A stretch of 62,196 nucleotides of DNA, counting the filler, from Deltaproteobacteria bacterium (GTDB taxonomy: Bacteria; JAEEML01), in NCBI GenBank assembly GCA_016283195.1. It is 7 parts of 7 records of this genome, joined end to end, with 100 filler letters (N's around TTAATTAATTAA, not from the genome) between each part and the next. Parts side by side here need not be neighbours in the genome. Positions count along the whole stretch, not along the records: positions 57,990 to 62,196 come from JAEEML010000098.1; 6 more parts are not named here. One strand, written 5' to 3'. The notes under the pieces were generated by a model. The model made no database searches and was not told where the DNA came from. It saw only the letters and a program-made list of their open reading frames with translations. Every line of letters starts with the position of its first letter. Position 1 is the first letter of the stretch. This document shows, piece by piece, positions 60,901-62,196 of the stretch. A program made the position numbers and the translations under genes.

Positions 60901-61484
60901 TTGGCGAGGCCGGCTGGAACACAACTTTTAGAGCCAGTGTCACTATGGAAGACGGAGCAACAGAAGTAATAATAGCTTCCAGAAATGGGAATAGTGTGGG
61001 CTGCGCTATACCGGAATATAGCGAAAGCACAGGAGATACTATTGATTTTAATCATTATTCTCTGGAAAAAATTGTTTTAAACGATGTTGTAAATGAAAAA
61101 CCAGCGAAATATGGTGTTTCTTACAGGGAAGGTAGTGATTTTGTTTATATGGGCAATGATTCTTGGGCTTATATAACGGCTCTGGCAGCCGATAGCGCCG
61201 GTAGAGCGCTTTATGTGGCTGTCAGTTATTATGATTATAATCAGAGCTATAATAAGCAATTTGGCAAAATTATTAAGATTTCTTTTAAAGATGAAAATGG
61301 CAAAGTGCCTCTTTGCGATCCGGAATCCCAAAGAATGCCGCAAGCTGAAGAGGTGGCCAATATACCTTCCAATATCGAAAATCTGGCCTACATCCCCGCC
61401 GAAAATGGCCGCCCGGCCGATCAGCTCTGCTATAGCATAGCGAGCAGTACCAAGCGCGTTGAGTGCGTAGTTATTAGTGAGTAA
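57990..61484 (+). CDS. Large acidic, Cys-containing surface protein with beta-propeller-like blades; 5'-truncated
   Basis: Frame open from contig start; NHL-like PTALLYQNGDLLVADSALGQIRVV, ITALAADSAGRALYVA. Confidence 0.75.
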   Translation, partial: NGGDNGNTALKGDINLKLALSSGEKLQYLWVTAAKEGSKDGQEVVATLACPKIADCSGLKETEDGYDVSLPLGEAAADEVRVTVTALTASDTANSHDEVTRGQGLYLFSGEVEKCTPGTSCRVEAKRGEVATVNANFVFALKDNEAGGSGKKADITGRDAQTDRPKEEDSPVNGSADRDNYFIVTLAPAVGAPLSEVAFAMGQRSEGAGLYWKGSLPKDLIMLVKLQSGGQQVAAMRLNQDDACTELLIYPDENSGDLKAEAQKLGKENFKAACAVPVGALASFTRCGDEACVSDSCGALVELADIELPNDAFSDGLKISLDSFADDAELQKLTNFRGLPKWSISGALMNKETAVQCPYYIRIKPEVGVPYNLLPSLTGVPRQVLAHDGAIYVLSDNFIEEAGDSDSDPTHNSVELNVLKVTPATGGYQSEKIYSVNIDVGVADSNLQPSINDIFDYQVFTKLVVIDGKLALSYGRCDESAQSGNDQIYGCSYISLAGESCGKQLTKDILHSPQYGSGGYIAGNFELAGISIETNNGVIEKKAVAQIMVLVGSSSEALAITVTDEDDTVLYEADFQNNYENVVYDDITINNMVVAEADKNMIRYVGLVNEYGIYSIDYTTDDLSELEMPVLYYNTPSTTYFDKVIFGPSDRVYAIKFEENMIYSSKESIWNPAPVVEVDYNGDQSTDYLLPMEPLVKVPGVSAMDIMNNTLYVATSDPKGSTLYAVDINSKQITKALSLAQNEAALGYPTALLYQNGDLLVADSALGQIRVVDMAAGSEKAPIGVYDGASLGASKVSNASKHNLGKITELKPSANGFYMATNLGKAHVHYEFDGDTSLMELPLAGIYEYVKANDELTLKAGKINVSNVEEYSMSEQEAEINLLDKGLLLDRFASSDNRYSQVSCYRRAGNNGPDCQVQSGLFSEQESDMAYPVSFATFNNGIIVDAAYWTGEYLEFNGYYASTSGIYYGTLGEAGWNTTFRASVTMEDGATEVIIASRNGNSVGCAIPEYSESTGDTIDFNHYSLEKIVLNDVVNEKPAKYGVSYREGSDFVYMGNDSWAYITALAADSAGRALYVAVSYYDYNQSYNKQFGKIIKISFKDENGKVPLCDPESQRMPQAEEVANIPSNIENLAYIPAENGRPADQLCYSIASSTKRVECVVISE

Positions 61485-61589
61485 CCAATTTCAGAGCCTT
61501 TAAAGAGCGCCAGCTTTAAGCCCTTCCCCCGAAAGCGGTAACCACCTATTTTCTCTAGCCTTTTTTGCGATTTTGTTCATCGAAAATTT

Positions 61590-61955
61590 GCTTTAGATAG
61601 TCTATGAAGGCGGCTATCCATACCAGGTCTCAAGTGTGGCCTCTGACTTTTAAGACAAAACAAAAGAGCTATATTTTGTAACATGCCATAAATAAAGTTA
61701 TTTTTATTGAATGGCCGGGGTCCAGGGGGGGCCTGGTCGTGCAAAGGAGGATGGGGTCGGGGAGGAACAATAGCGCTTCGAAAGTAGCGTGGTTCCTCCC
61801 CGAAAAAGAAAAAAGACATGAATTTCTAATATGAGCCAGACACCAAAAATCCGCACGGACCCCAAAACCCTGATTTTAAAAATTGATTTTATCTAATACA
61901 AATAATGAGTTAATTTTTTTGATATGGGGTAAGTGGCGCAAACAGGGACTGTTTT
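61590..61955 (-). repeat. Dispersed structured repeat, copy D (long form)
   Basis: Colinear with copy C over about 360 bp. Confidence 0.9.
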
Positions 61956-62196
61956 TTAGGCTGCTTCTTTAGCGGCTTCTTCGTCAACCGCTTTAACGAC
62001 TACGCAGGTGATATTGTCGCTGCCGCCGCGCGAGTTGGCGAGGGCCACCATCATTTCAGGCACTTGCTTAAGTTCGCTGTAGGCGAGAGCCCGGCCCATT
62101 TCCAGATCATCGGCATAATTGGCGAGGCCGTCGGAACACATGAGGAATTTATCATCAGCTTCCAGAGGCAGAGCAAAAGTATCAACTGCCACATCT
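61956..62196 (-). CDS. PP2C-family Ser/Thr phosphatase, C-terminal part
   Basis: FLMCSDGL, ALANSRGGSDNITCVVV. Confidence 0.9.
   Translation of the reverse strand, partial: DVAVDTFALPLEADDKFLMCSDGLANYADDLEMGRALAYSELKQVPEMMVALANSRGGSDNITCVVVKAVDEEAAKEAA

Overview
The window is not one continuous locus. It is seven assembly contigs joined by identical 100-nt artificial spacers (44 N + TTAATTAATTAA + 44 N), so adjacency across spacers is meaningless. Gene content (TIGR02266-type PilZ, PilT, Cys-rich/EGF lipoproteins, SycD/LcrH-like TPR protein, PP2C, Smr) suggests a deltaproteobacterium (Myxococcota/Bradymonadia-like). Several genes look Bacteroidota- or Firmicutes-like, which fits a gut habitat (inference). 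Housekeeping content: sppA, argF, malQ, ffh, pilT, M2/M3 and M20 peptidases, glutathione peroxidase, tRNA-Pro(CGG), tRNA-Glu(CTC), a small polysaccharide cluster and an aryl-polyene/flexirubin-like fatty-acid synthase cluster. Accessory content: (i) a 13-kb restriction-like defence island (SNF2-DUF3883 helicase, DUF1156 methyltransferase, HEPN-DUF499 ATPase) with a nested antisense ABC-ATPase + DUF3226 pair and an AlbA_2 regulator; (ii) two paralogous secreted fibre-like proteins, each next to a Cys-rich lipoprotein; (iii) a decayed defence/TA region (RhuM deletion, VapC frameshifted by a 7-bp duplication, orphan Rpn C-terminal modules, DUF2075 helicase); (iv) a dispersed ~220-370-bp structured repeat with compensatory base changes; (v) a tandem array of four different IS3-like terminal ends with no transposase. 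Family assignments come from motif recognition only; no database search was run.
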